NCBI GenBank assembly: GCA_021205225.1
Contig: JAJPXX010000222.1
Span: forward strand, 5,298-69,297
Length of the DNA: 64,000 nt
From: Lachnospiraceae bacterium
GTDB taxonomy: Bacteria; Bacillota; Clostridia; Lachnospirales; Lachnospiraceae
Direction: 5' to 3'
Every line of letters begins with the position of its first letter. Position 1 is the stretch's first letter. Below, piece by piece: positions 31,544 through 40,407 of the stretch. The notes beneath the pieces are model-generated. The model was not told where the DNA came from. It saw nothing but the letters and a program-made list of their open reading frames with translations, and did no database searches. Made by a program: the position numbers and the translations under genes.

Positions 31544-32290
31544 ATGGTAAACCAGTTTTCCAGAACGGAGCTTTTATTGGGATCAGAAGCGATGGATAAG
31601 CTTTTTCACGCGCGCGTGGCTGTGTTTGGGCTCGGCGGTGTGGGAGGCTATACCGTGGAGGCGCTTTCCAGAAGCGGAATTGGCACGCTTGATCTGATTG
31701 ACGACGATAAGATCTGCCTGACGAATCTGAATCGCCAGATTTTTGCGCTTCAGAGTACGATTGGAAAATACAAGGTCGATGTGGCCGGGGAGAGAATTTT
31801 ACAGATCAACCCGGACGCAAAGGTACATAAATATAAGATTTTTTATATGCCGCAGACCGCAGAACAGTTTGACTTTTCGCAGTATGATTATGTCGTGGAC
31901 GCGATTGACACTGTGACCGGAAAAATCGCGCTGGCAGAACAGGCGGAAGCGGCGGGGACGCCCATTATCAGCTGTATGGGAGCCGGGAATAAGATGGATG
32001 CGTCTGCACTGGAGGTGGCGGATATCTATGAAACCAGTATTTGTCCCCTGGCCCGCGTGATGCGCCGTGAATTAAAAAAACGGGGGATCAGAAAACTGAA
32101 GGTGGTTTATTCCAGGGAACCGGCGATGAGACCGATGGATCATGAGGATGCCGGAACGGATGAAAACAGCGCCGGGCGCCGACAGGTGCCGGGAAGCAAC
32201 GCGTTTGTCCCGGCTGTAGCGGGGCTGATTATCGCCGGAGAGGTTGTGCGGGATCTGGCGCAGGTCTGGCCTGCGGCTCAGGGTCTGTGA
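31544..32290 (+). CDS. tcdA: tRNA threonylcarbamoyladenosine dehydratase (ThiF family)
   Basis: VAVFGLGGVGG, LIDDDKICLTNLNRQ, VVDAID, MGAGNK, CPLARVMRRELK. Confidence 0.92.
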   Translation: MVNQFSRTELLLGSEAMDKLFHARVAVFGLGGVGGYTVEALSRSGIGTLDLIDDDKICLTNLNRQIFALQSTIGKYKVDVAGERILQINPDAKVHKYKIFYMPQTAEQFDFSQYDYVVDAIDTVTGKIALAEQAEAAGTPIISCMGAGNKMDASALEVADIYETSICPLARVMRRELKKRGIRKLKVVYSREPAMRPMDHEDAGTDENSAGRRQVPGSNAFVPAVAGLIIAGEVVRDLAQVWPAAQGL

Positions 32291-33176
32291 TCTGATGAAG
32301 AAGATCAATGATTTCCTGTTCTGTCTCAGAAGGGAAACCGTCTACACTGGGGGTATTTTGCTTCGTAACGCCGTCTACGCAGCCGAGCGCGACAATTTGA
32401 CGCAGAAATCCGGAGATTTCCTCATAGGAAGGAAATACCGACTGCTCCTGCAAAAGATCTAAATAGGCGACCAGGGCATAAGCTCCCCAGTTCGAGGTGG
32501 TGGCGATGATCAATTCATCGACTGTGATTTCGCAGGGCGTTAGCGAAAGCTTTTCAGAAATCACATTTTTCAGGTTTCCCATCCCGATTTCGTTGCCGCC
32601 ATCTCCGATCCCAATTGTGAAAATATGGGCGTCGGACGCAAGCTCAAACATGGTATCGATGTGAGCGGTCTGCGCGGAGATGCTGGTACCTTTCATGTTT
32701 GCGTAATCCTGATTCTGATTTCTGCCGCAGCGCTCGATGGAAATCAGGCATACCGGGTGAAAATGGTCAAGGAGGCTCTGGTACCAGGCTGCGTTTGCCT
32801 GGATTCCTACATAGAGGACGAAAATTCCTTCCGGCTCAAACAGACCGTCGCAGACGCGGTCGGTGACAATAATCGGAGTGAATCCAAGCTTTTTCAGTGC
32901 GAGCGCGATGATAAGGGCGCCGGGCGGTCCGTCGGTCTCCGCATGACCGGCTACGTAAAAGCCGGTCGTCAGAAAAACGGTTCCGCGCTCCAGGGAAAGT
33001 AAGCGTCTGGCAGCTTTCTCACAATAGGCTGAACCCAGATATTCTCTCAGCCGGGTCATTCCGCGCCCGGAATAGCGCAGGACGATATCTTCAATTTTGT
33101 TATGATCTTTAAAGTTTTCTCTGATGGTAACGGGACTGAGCTGTTTCACTTTTGCCGGAGAACTGTTACTGTCCAT
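32229..33176 (-). CDS. DUF4392 / D-glutamate cyclase-domain protein
   Basis: TGFYV..AETDGPPGA, ISIERCGR, GIGDGGNEIGMG, SNWGAYAL motifs. Confidence 0.85.
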   Translation of the reverse strand: MDSNSSPAKVKQLSPVTIRENFKDHNKIEDIVLRYSGRGMTRLREYLGSAYCEKAARRLLSLERGTVFLTTGFYVAGHAETDGPPGALIIALALKKLGFTPIIVTDRVCDGLFEPEGIFVLYVGIQANAAWYQSLLDHFHPVCLISIERCGRNQNQDYANMKGTSISAQTAHIDTMFELASDAHIFTIGIGDGGNEIGMGNLKNVISEKLSLTPCEITVDELIIATTSNWGAYALVAYLDLLQEQSVFPSYEEISGFLRQIVALGCVDGVTKQNTPSVDGFPSETEQEIIDLLHQITDPEPQARPAPDPAQPLRR

Positions 33177-33288
33177 GTTTTCACCCCTGGTTTTGACAAT
33201 ACAGGAAATCAGGCAGTTTGCCAGCTTTCATCTCTTCGTGGATGAGAGGCTTCTGATTTTTGCTGTCATAAATTGCTATACATGAGAG

Positions 33289-34062
33289 TTACTTCATGAT
33301 CACTTCTTTCATCGGTTCGGGTGTAATTCCTTCTGCCTGTAGTGCTTCGCGGATGCTTTTTGCGAAGACGAGCGCTGCCGGATTGTCGCCATGGATGCAG
33401 ATGGAATCTGCTTCTACTTCGATTTCCCGACCGGTGATGGCGGTTACGGTTCCATATTTTACCATTTGAATGACACGGGCAAGCGCTTCTTTCCGATCGG
33501 AAATGACAGCGCCCGGCTTGCTTCTTGCTACCAGAGAGCCGTCCTCTTCGTACGCGCGGTCTGCGAAAACCTCCCGCGCGGCGCGGAGATTGTTTTTCTC
33601 TGCGGAAAGAATCAGCTGGCTTTTGGCGGGACCGAGTAAAATCAGGTCGGGGTCAACCGCTGCGATACCTTCACAGATCGCGTCGGCGATGACCGGGTCT
33701 TTTGCGGCCATGTTGTAGAGGGCGCCGTGAGGTTTTACGTGCTGCAGCCTGACATCATTTGCCGCACAGAATGCGTTCAGCGCCCCGATCTGATATTCTA
33801 TGATGGCAGTGATTTCCGCTGGCGGCAGGCTCATATTACGGCGGCCGAAGCCGGCAAGATCCTGAAAGCCGGGATGCGCGCCGATGTGTACCTGGTTTTC
33901 CTTTGCGAGGCGTACGGTTTTCTGCATGATGAGCGGATCGGAGGCGTGGAAACCGCAGGCAATGTTTGCGGAGGTGATATAGGGAAGAATTTCCTCGTCC
34001 ATCCCACATTTGTAGTTGCCGAAGCTTTCTCCGAGGTCACAGTTCAGGTCAATGGTTCGCAT
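33289..34062 (-). CDS. pxpA: 5-oxoprolinase subunit A (LamB/YcsF family)
   Basis: IDLNCDLGESFG, ANIACGFHASDP, GAHPG, HVKPHGALYN, EVFADRAY, ICIHGD. Confidence 0.96.
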   Translation of the reverse strand: MRTIDLNCDLGESFGNYKCGMDEEILPYITSANIACGFHASDPLIMQKTVRLAKENQVHIGAHPGFQDLAGFGRRNMSLPPAEITAIIEYQIGALNAFCAANDVRLQHVKPHGALYNMAAKDPVIADAICEGIAAVDPDLILLGPAKSQLILSAEKNNLRAAREVFADRAYEEDGSLVARSKPGAVISDRKEALARVIQMVKYGTVTAITGREIEVEADSICIHGDNPAALVFAKSIREALQAEGITPEPMKEVIMK

Positions 34063-34073
34063 AGTGACTCCTT

Positions 34074-34898
34074 TCAGAATTTGAGTTCCGTATTTCGAAT
34101 ATCGGTGATGAACATATGTCCCGGTGCGTGTGTGATCGCAAACGATGGCTTTGACTCCATTACCACATTCTGCGGGGTAACACCGCAGGGCCAGAAAACG
34201 GGAGCCTCCCCCTCACGGATAGTAACCATATCGCCAAAATCCGGATGGCTGATATCCGTGATGCCGATGGCTTCCGGACAGCCGATGTGTATGGGGGCGC
34301 CGTGGACGTGGGGCATAGCGCCGGTCACCTGGACGGCACGCGGAATCAGGTCATAGGGAATCGGACGCATACTGACGACCATGTTTCCGTGGAAAATACC
34401 GGCTGGGGTGCATGGAATATTGGTGCAGTACATGGGAACGTTACACTTTTCTTCGATATGACGAACCGGGATCCTTGCATCGAGCAGCTCCGCTTCGAAG
34501 GAAAAACTACAGCCGATCAGAAAGCTGACAAAATTCTCCTGCCAGAATTCGGATACATCGGTGTATTCTCCGGTAAGGATTCCGTTCCGGAAAACCCGGT
34601 AACGAGGAATCTCACGCGCGATATCCGCGCCGTCCGCAATTGTCTTAAGAAAACGGCTTCCGGTGTCGCTGACCTCCAGAAGCGGGCAGGAGCGCGGATT
34701 GCGCTGCGAAAACAGCAGAAAGTCATAGGCATAGGCCGCCGGAAGTACAACCAGATTCGCCTGCGCGTATCCTGCGCACATCCCGGAGGTCTGTCCGGTG
34801 ATCTGTCCGTTGCGGATGCGTGCTCGCATCTCGCGCGGGGACAGGGTGGTGTAATCGTCTTGTTTCAAGAAAGCTTTCCTCCTGCAATAAAATGTCAT
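34074..34898 (-). CDS. DUF1445 (YcsI-like) putative hydro-lyase
   Basis: GYAQANLVVLP, RNPRSCPLLEV, GCSFSFE, VVSMRP, HGAPIHIG, FWPCGVTPQ, ITHAPGHM. Confidence 0.9.
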   Translation of the reverse strand: MTFYCRRKAFLKQDDYTTLSPREMRARIRNGQITGQTSGMCAGYAQANLVVLPAAYAYDFLLFSQRNPRSCPLLEVSDTGSRFLKTIADGADIAREIPRYRVFRNGILTGEYTDVSEFWQENFVSFLIGCSFSFEAELLDARIPVRHIEEKCNVPMYCTNIPCTPAGIFHGNMVVSMRPIPYDLIPRAVQVTGAMPHVHGAPIHIGCPEAIGITDISHPDFGDMVTIREGEAPVFWPCGVTPQNVVMESKPSFAITHAPGHMFITDIRNTELKF

Positions 34899-35015
34899 AT
34901 CCTGTTATGGACAGTGACAGCAATGGAAACCAGGTGCTCGTTTGCTTGCTACGGACAAAAGCAAAAAGCAGGTGATGTGAAAATCCAACAATGGATGCTG
35001 GAACAGCCGGAGTGA

Positions 35016-35909
35016 TCATAGCAGCCTCTGCGCTTCTTCGACCGCGATTCTTTGAAAACGCACAGTATAGCCTGGCCGCATCTGGGCAAGCGCTGGTAAA
35101 TCTGCGGTGCAGACCGTGGCAATCTTGGCGTATCCGCCGGTTGTCTGGCGGTCAGCGAGCAGAATGATGGGTTGTCCCGCGGGTGTGACCTGGATGGAGC
35201 CGAAAACAATAGCGTCGGAGACGATGTCTGTTCCGTGCTTACTATCGATGGCGGCTCCAGCCAGCCGACAGCCCATGCGGTCACTTTCCTGCGTAACGGT
35301 GTAGGTGCTGGTGTAAAAGGTTTCCAGTCCCTGCTCCGTAAACAGGTCTTCCTGCGGTCCGCCGATTACACGGACGGTAAGATCCTCCGGATAGACGCGG
35401 GATGGAGAGGAGCGGTCTGCGACATCCGAATATATAATAGAAGAAATTCCTGTCGGAAGCAGGTCGCCGGCTCTCAGCGCTCGCCCTTCCAATCCGCCGA
35501 TTGCGCATTTCAGATTTGTGGAGCGGCTGCCGAGTAAGATGGGAACATCGATACCGCCGCTGACGGCAAGGTAGCTTCTGCAGCCGGAAAGAGCGGTTCC
35601 AAGCATCAGGGTTTGCCCCTTTTTGACCGGAAACGGACGGTTCATCGGACAAACTGTTCCGTCAAGCAGCGGAGTCATATCCGCTCCGGTGAGCGCCAGA
35701 ATGGCATCGTCCTCGATCTGATAAATTCCCCCGAAGAGGGTAAACTCCAGGACGGCCTCGCCGGGTTTGTTGCCGATCAGATCATTGGCTGCCTGATACG
35801 CGCGTGTATCCATTACGCCGGAACAGGGCATTCCAAGTGCCTGATAGCCGGTACGCCCGATGTCCTGGACGGTAGTCAGCGCGCCGGGATTGATCACGCG
35901 AATTGCCAT
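35016..35909 (-). CDS. pxpC: 5-oxoprolinase subunit C (KipA/AHS2)
   Basis: TTVQDIGR, GSRST, SDRMGCRL, GSIQV...GQPIILLADRQTTGGYAKI. Confidence 0.95.
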   Translation of the reverse strand: MAIRVINPGALTTVQDIGRTGYQALGMPCSGVMDTRAYQAANDLIGNKPGEAVLEFTLFGGIYQIEDDAILALTGADMTPLLDGTVCPMNRPFPVKKGQTLMLGTALSGCRSYLAVSGGIDVPILLGSRSTNLKCAIGGLEGRALRAGDLLPTGISSIIYSDVADRSSPSRVYPEDLTVRVIGGPQEDLFTEQGLETFYTSTYTVTQESDRMGCRLAGAAIDSKHGTDIVSDAIVFGSIQVTPAGQPIILLADRQTTGGYAKIATVCTADLPALAQMRPGYTVRFQRIAVEEAQRLL

Positions 35910-35931
35910 GCATCTTTGCCTCCTTATTTTT

Positions 35932-36657
35932 TTATAATTCCAACGTCCAGTCTCCGTGTGTCTGCATCCGGCGGATGTCGTAATAGTCGCTGGAGGTGAC
36001 AGGATAAAAATGGATGATATCTCCCGCACGGCAGAGGACGGGATCGTCCCGATTCGGATTGTAAAAATCCAACGGCGTACTCCCGATCAGCCGCCAGCCG
36101 CCCGGTGATTCGAGAGGATAGACGCCTGTCTGGTTTCCGCCGATGCCAACAGCCCCTTTGGGAATTTTGACACGAGGCGTAGAAAGCCTTGGCATGGCAA
36201 TCCGCTCATCGAGGCCGCCCAGGTAGACAAAGCCGGGCAGAAAGCCGAGCATATAAACCTTATATTCGGCACCGCTGTGGATGGTGATGATCTCATCCCG
36301 ATCAATTCCGGTATAGCGTTCCAGATCAGGAAGATCCGGCCCGAAATGTGAGCCGTAGCAGCAGGGAATGTTCAGAACCCGGCCTGTGCCTGATACAGAA
36401 GCTTCCGGCAGCTGTACAAGCTGCATGATCATGGACTTCAATTCTTCGTATTTCAGGATGGAAGGCTCATAAATAATCAGCAAAGAGCAGAAGGTTGGCA
36501 CAAGCTCCGTGACGCCGGTGATGGAAGCTTCCTGAATCCGCGCAGCCAGCGCGTGGACACGGTTGTTTACTGCCGGGTCAATTTTGTTCCCGAATTCTGC
36601 TGCCAGAGCGTGATCCCCTGCCGGTACGATTCGAACGTTTTCTGTTATAGGATTCAT
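35932..36657 (-). CDS. pxpB: 5-oxoprolinase subunit B (KipI/AHS1)
   Basis: YGSHFGPDL, VYMLGFLPGFVYLG, QTGVYP.ESPGGWRLIG.TP. Confidence 0.95.
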   Translation of the reverse strand: MNPITENVRIVPAGDHALAAEFGNKIDPAVNNRVHALAARIQEASITGVTELVPTFCSLLIIYEPSILKYEELKSMIMQLVQLPEASVSGTGRVLNIPCCYGSHFGPDLPDLERYTGIDRDEIITIHSGAEYKVYMLGFLPGFVYLGGLDERIAMPRLSTPRVKIPKGAVGIGGNQTGVYPLESPGGWRLIGSTPLDFYNPNRDDPVLCRAGDIIHFYPVTSSDYYDIRRMQTHGDWTLEL

Positions 36658-36731
36658 AGGCTTATCACATCCTTTACTGCGCCTGATCCAGTGGTATAGT
36701 TGTTTTCGGGAGCGGGAATTCCAATGACTGT

Positions 36732-37574
36732 TCACACGTTTGTCGCCTCATGAAATTCTTCAATCAGTGCTTCGCGGATTTTTCCAAGCAGCTCCGGCTG
36801 CTTTTTGCCGACCGGTTTTCCGTCAATTTCATTTGCCCACAGACAGAGGTTGCTGGAGCTGGTCACGATCACTTCTTCCGCCGCAAACAGGTCGTCGAGC
36901 GTGAAAGCGGTTTCATTTACCGGGATACAGAGCTTTTTACACATCCGAATCAGATGTGCGCGCGCAATACCGGGCAGAATCAGATTGTCTGTCGGCGCGG
37001 TGCGGAGCATACCATCCTGTATAATATGGACATTGCTGTGCGCACACTCGGTCACACGCCCGCCGGGGCGGTAGAAGACCGATTCCTGGCATCCGGCTTC
37101 CTTTGCGCGCTGTGCTGCCATGACGGAAGGGATCAGGTTCAGGGTCTTGATGTTGCAGTGATAGAAACGGGTATCCTCTGTTGTAATCAGTTTGATTGGG
37201 TTTTTTCCATCGGAAATTTCCTGATGTGTCAGGGTAATCCAGAGGTTTCCGGGAGCGTCTGTAAAGACATGGTTGCGCGGTCCGCTGCCGCGTGTTACCT
37301 GATAATAGACAAAAAGGTCGCCGCTGTCCATTTTCTGAACCAGCTCATTGAGAAGCTCTTTCAGCTCTGCTTTGGAGACCGGCATCTGAATTTTCAGCAG
37401 ACCTGCGCTGTTGAAAAAACGGTCGATGTGTTCGTCGAGCGCGAAAATGTGATAATTGCGGCAGGGACCGGCATCGTAAACGCCATCTCCAAACCAGCAG
37501 ACCCGGTCATTCATCGGAACCGACATTTCGTCGAGTTCTCCGAATTTTCCATTATAATATCCGAGTGTTTTCAT
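36732..37574 (-). CDS. dat: class IV PLP aminotransferase, most like D-amino-acid transaminase
   Basis: FGDGVYD, HIDRF..SA, CNIKTLNL (catalytic Lys), VTECAHSN, ILPGIAR, VTSS. Confidence 0.8.
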   Translation of the reverse strand: MKTLGYYNGKFGELDEMSVPMNDRVCWFGDGVYDAGPCRNYHIFALDEHIDRFFNSAGLLKIQMPVSKAELKELLNELVQKMDSGDLFVYYQVTRGSGPRNHVFTDAPGNLWITLTHQEISDGKNPIKLITTEDTRFYHCNIKTLNLIPSVMAAQRAKEAGCQESVFYRPGGRVTECAHSNVHIIQDGMLRTAPTDNLILPGIARAHLIRMCKKLCIPVNETAFTLDDLFAAEEVIVTSSSNLCLWANEIDGKPVGKKQPELLGKIREALIEEFHEATNV

Positions 37575-37685
37575 AAAAAACCGCCTCCCTTTTTGGCTGT
37601 CCGACAGGGATTCCTGTCGGATAAAAAAGAGACGCAACGAAATCCGGTTCCTGCCGTGACTTCTTTGTCGTCTCTGTCTGACCTG

Positions 37686-37714
37686 ATTTTAGGAATGTTC
37701 ATGGAAATTGTCAA
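37686..37714 (-). promoter_or_regulatory. promoter of the dat-pxp operon
   Basis: Minus-strand TTGACA-17 bp-TAAAAT. Confidence 0.75.
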
Positions 37715-37858
37715 CTGTCTTTTGAAATTCACAAATAATTTTGCAAAAATGAGAATTAGAAAAAAATAATTTTTAAAAACAGGAAAAATGACAAGAATAA
37801 ATTCGGACGGTTTTAAAATTCGGACATTTTCTTTCGGAAAAGCGGGAAAGAGGCAGAG

Positions 37859-37887
37859 TTGACAGACCAAAAAGATTGGAGTATAGT
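37859..37887 (+). promoter_or_regulatory. promoter of the LIV-type ABC operon
   Basis: TTGACA-17 bp-TATAGT. Confidence 0.72.
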
Positions 37888-38064
37888 CGGCGCATGGTCG
37901 GACGAACAAAGGCGTTTGGTGGCGAGGGAGCCATCAGGCGCTTTTTCTTTGCGCAGATGCGTGAAGAGAGAGGATGATCATATCGGTAAAATCCGGCGGC
38001 TGCAAAGGCATCAGACAGAGAACAGTGACCGGATCGGCAAGCTCAGAAGAGGAGGAATTGTATT

Positions 38065-39219
38065 ATGAAAATGAAAAAGTGGTTCACTACGGCACTTGCG
38101 CTTTCTCTGGCGGCGACAACAGTCGCTCCGATGACAGCGCTGGCGGATGAGGAGGAAGATTACGTTATTAAGGTTGGCGTGATTTGCGCAATGACCGGCG
38201 GCTCCGCTGTATATGGCGAAGGTGCGCAGAATGCGATTAACATGGCGGTGGAAGAGATCAACGCGTCGGATTCCGAGTACACCATTGAGATTCTGAATAA
38301 TGGGAATGTGGCAGATGATGCGAAGGACGCGACGGAAGCAGTCAATGCCTACAATTCACTGATGGCGGAGGATCCGGAGGCGATCGTTGGTTCGTTTTTC
38401 TCAACTCCGACTCTGGCAATGGCAGAGCTGGCGGCAGATGATGGGATGCTTCTGCTGGCGACCGGCGCGACGAATGTGAATGTTACACTGACCGGCGACA
38501 CGATTTTCCGCAACTGTTTCATCGATCCGTTCCAGGGTGAGATGGCGGCACAGTTCGCATCGGAGCAGGGATATACTTCCGCATATGTGATTTACGCGAA
38601 GGATGATGATTATTCCAACGGCCTGAAGGACGCGTTTGTAGAGAGCGCAGAGGCGCTTGGCATTGAGATCGCGGGTATCGCGGAATGTACGACGACCGAC
38701 ACGGATTTCACCGCGCAGGCAACCAATGCGGTGGCGTCCGGTGCGGATTTCGTATTTTACCCCTGCTTCCTGGATACGGTTCCGCTTCTGGTACAGCAGG
38801 TAAGAGACGCTGGCTTTGAGGGCGCGATTATGGGCGGCGACGGCTGGGATGGCGCTGACACGACCGGTTATGAGGATTATTTTGATAACTGCTATTTCAC
38901 AAACCACTATTCATCGGAGGATACCTCTGAGGCGGTTCAGAACTTTGTTACGAAGTATACGGAAGCCTATGGAACAGACAGCCTGAATGCCTGCGCGGCT
39001 TTGTATTATGACGCAATGTATATGCTTCTGCAGGCAGCGGAAGACGGCGGCGGATCGGATACGGAATCCCTGGTGGCAGGTATGACAGAGATGGAATTCA
39101 GCGGTGTCGCAGGAGATATTTACCTCGACGAGAACGGCGACGCGATCAAACCGGTGGTTGTGAATACCTATGAAGACGGCCAGATTAAGTGGCTGATGAC
39201 CATCGAGCCGGCAGAGTAA
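38065..39219 (+). CDS. LivJ/K-family amino-acid ABC substrate-binding protein
   Basis: KVGVICAMTG..A.YG, FRNCFID..QG, YAKDDDYSNGL, DTDF.AQ, GGDGWD. Sec-type signal peptide. Confidence 0.92.
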   Translation: MKMKKWFTTALALSLAATTVAPMTALADEEEDYVIKVGVICAMTGGSAVYGEGAQNAINMAVEEINASDSEYTIEILNNGNVADDAKDATEAVNAYNSLMAEDPEAIVGSFFSTPTLAMAELAADDGMLLLATGATNVNVTLTGDTIFRNCFIDPFQGEMAAQFASEQGYTSAYVIYAKDDDYSNGLKDAFVESAEALGIEIAGIAECTTTDTDFTAQATNAVASGADFVFYPCFLDTVPLLVQQVRDAGFEGAIMGGDGWDGADTTGYEDYFDNCYFTNHYSSEDTSEAVQNFVTKYTEAYGTDSLNACAALYYDAMYMLLQAAEDGGGSDTESLVAGMTEMEFSGVAGDIYLDENGDAIKPVVVNTYEDGQIKWLMTIEPAE

Positions 39220-39227
39220 GAACATAA

Positions 39228-39427
39228 TGCGTCTGGCGGCGCACGGGGTGAAAATACACCCGGAAAGGCATTCTGGCGCAGCCTGACAGCAGTGCCATGC
39301 TCACCGTAAACAGGAATCAGGCCCCGTCATAGTATGGATGGCGGGGCGTTTCCTGTCAAAGCGAAGCGCATTGGAATGGGCGAAGCGGCTTGATGCCGGG
39401 CGAAGCGTGGAGCGCTGCCAGAGCGCA
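39228..39427. repeat. palindromic intergenic element between the substrate-binding gene and livH
   Basis: Terminal inverted repeats TGCGTCTGGCGGCGC / GCGCTGCCAGAGCGCA, internal hairpins, three GCGAAGCG copies at 39361, 39380 and 39400. Confidence 0.6.
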
Positions 39428-39503
39428 GCATATCGGAATGGACTGTGACAGAAACTGGGAAATAGATTTCCTGCCGGATCAAGTGAGGAGAGGTGAAAAG
39501 AGA

Positions 39504-40391
39504 GTGTCGATATTCATACAGAGTCTGATAAATGGGTTGAACCAGGGTGCGATATACGCGCTGATCGCGCTCGGATATACCATGGTGTACGGTATTTTGC
39601 GCATGATCAATTTCGCGCACGGCGATTTTATCATGGTGGGCGCCTATACCCTGTTTTATACCGTGCCAATGATGGTAAATCACGGGATGCCTGCGTGGCT
39701 GGCCGTTTTCGTGGCGATTGTCGTGTGCGTGATTGTAGGCGTTCTGGTTGAGCGCATTGCCTATAAGCCGGTTCGGAATTCCGGTTCCATATCCGCACTG
39801 ATCACCGCTCTGGCCATGAGCCTGTTTCTGGAAAACCTGGCGATGGTTCTTTTCGGCGGGAATCCCAAGACGATTTCGAAAATTTTTGACCTGCCGATGA
39901 TTGAGCTTCTGGGAGCGAAGATTCAGGTGAAATACCTGCTGACGCTGGGAATCGGCCTGGTGATTATGGTAGCGCTGACGCTGTTTGTGCGGATGACGAA
40001 GATTGGAAAAGCCATGCGCGCGGTACCGCAGGACCGCGAGGCGGCGACCATTGTCGGGATTAACGTAGACCGGATTATCACTGTCACATTCGCGATTGGC
40101 TCCGCGCTGGCGGCGGTGGCCGCACTGATGTATTGCTCGACCTATCCGCGGGCGACCACGGATATGGGAACCATGATGGGTATCAAAGCTTTCATTGCAG
40201 CAGTGCTTGGCGGAATTGGTATCATACCGGGTGCGATGCTCGGCGGTATCCTGATCGGGCTGATCGAAATTTTTGTCAAAGTGTACCTGGCTCCCGGCTG
40301 GTATGAGGCGATCACCTACGCGATTTTGATTGTGGTGCTTCTGATTAAGCCATCTGGTATTCTGGGCAAGAATGTCAGCGAGAAGGTCTGA
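39504..40391 (+). CDS. livH: branched-chain amino acid ABC permease LivH
   Basis: GAIYALIALGYTMVYGILRMINFAHGD, GKAMRAV, GIKAFIAAVLGGIG. GTG start. Confidence 0.95.
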   Translation: MSIFIQSLINGLNQGAIYALIALGYTMVYGILRMINFAHGDFIMVGAYTLFYTVPMMVNHGMPAWLAVFVAIVVCVIVGVLVERIAYKPVRNSGSISALITALAMSLFLENLAMVLFGGNPKTISKIFDLPMIELLGAKIQVKYLLTLGIGLVIMVALTLFVRMTKIGKAMRAVPQDREAATIVGINVDRIITVTFAIGSALAAVAALMYCSTYPRATTDMGTMMGIKAFIAAVLGGIGIIPGAMLGGILIGLIEIFVKVYLAPGWYEAITYAILIVVLLIKPSGILGKNVSEKV

Positions 40392-40407
40392 GGGGAGGAG
40401 TGAGAAT

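Noticed and set aside
32229..32290. 62-bp convergent overlap of tcdA and the DUF4392 gene
   Set aside because: The overlapping tail (PEPQARPAPDPAQPLRR) looks like run-on after a lost stop. No evidence of function.
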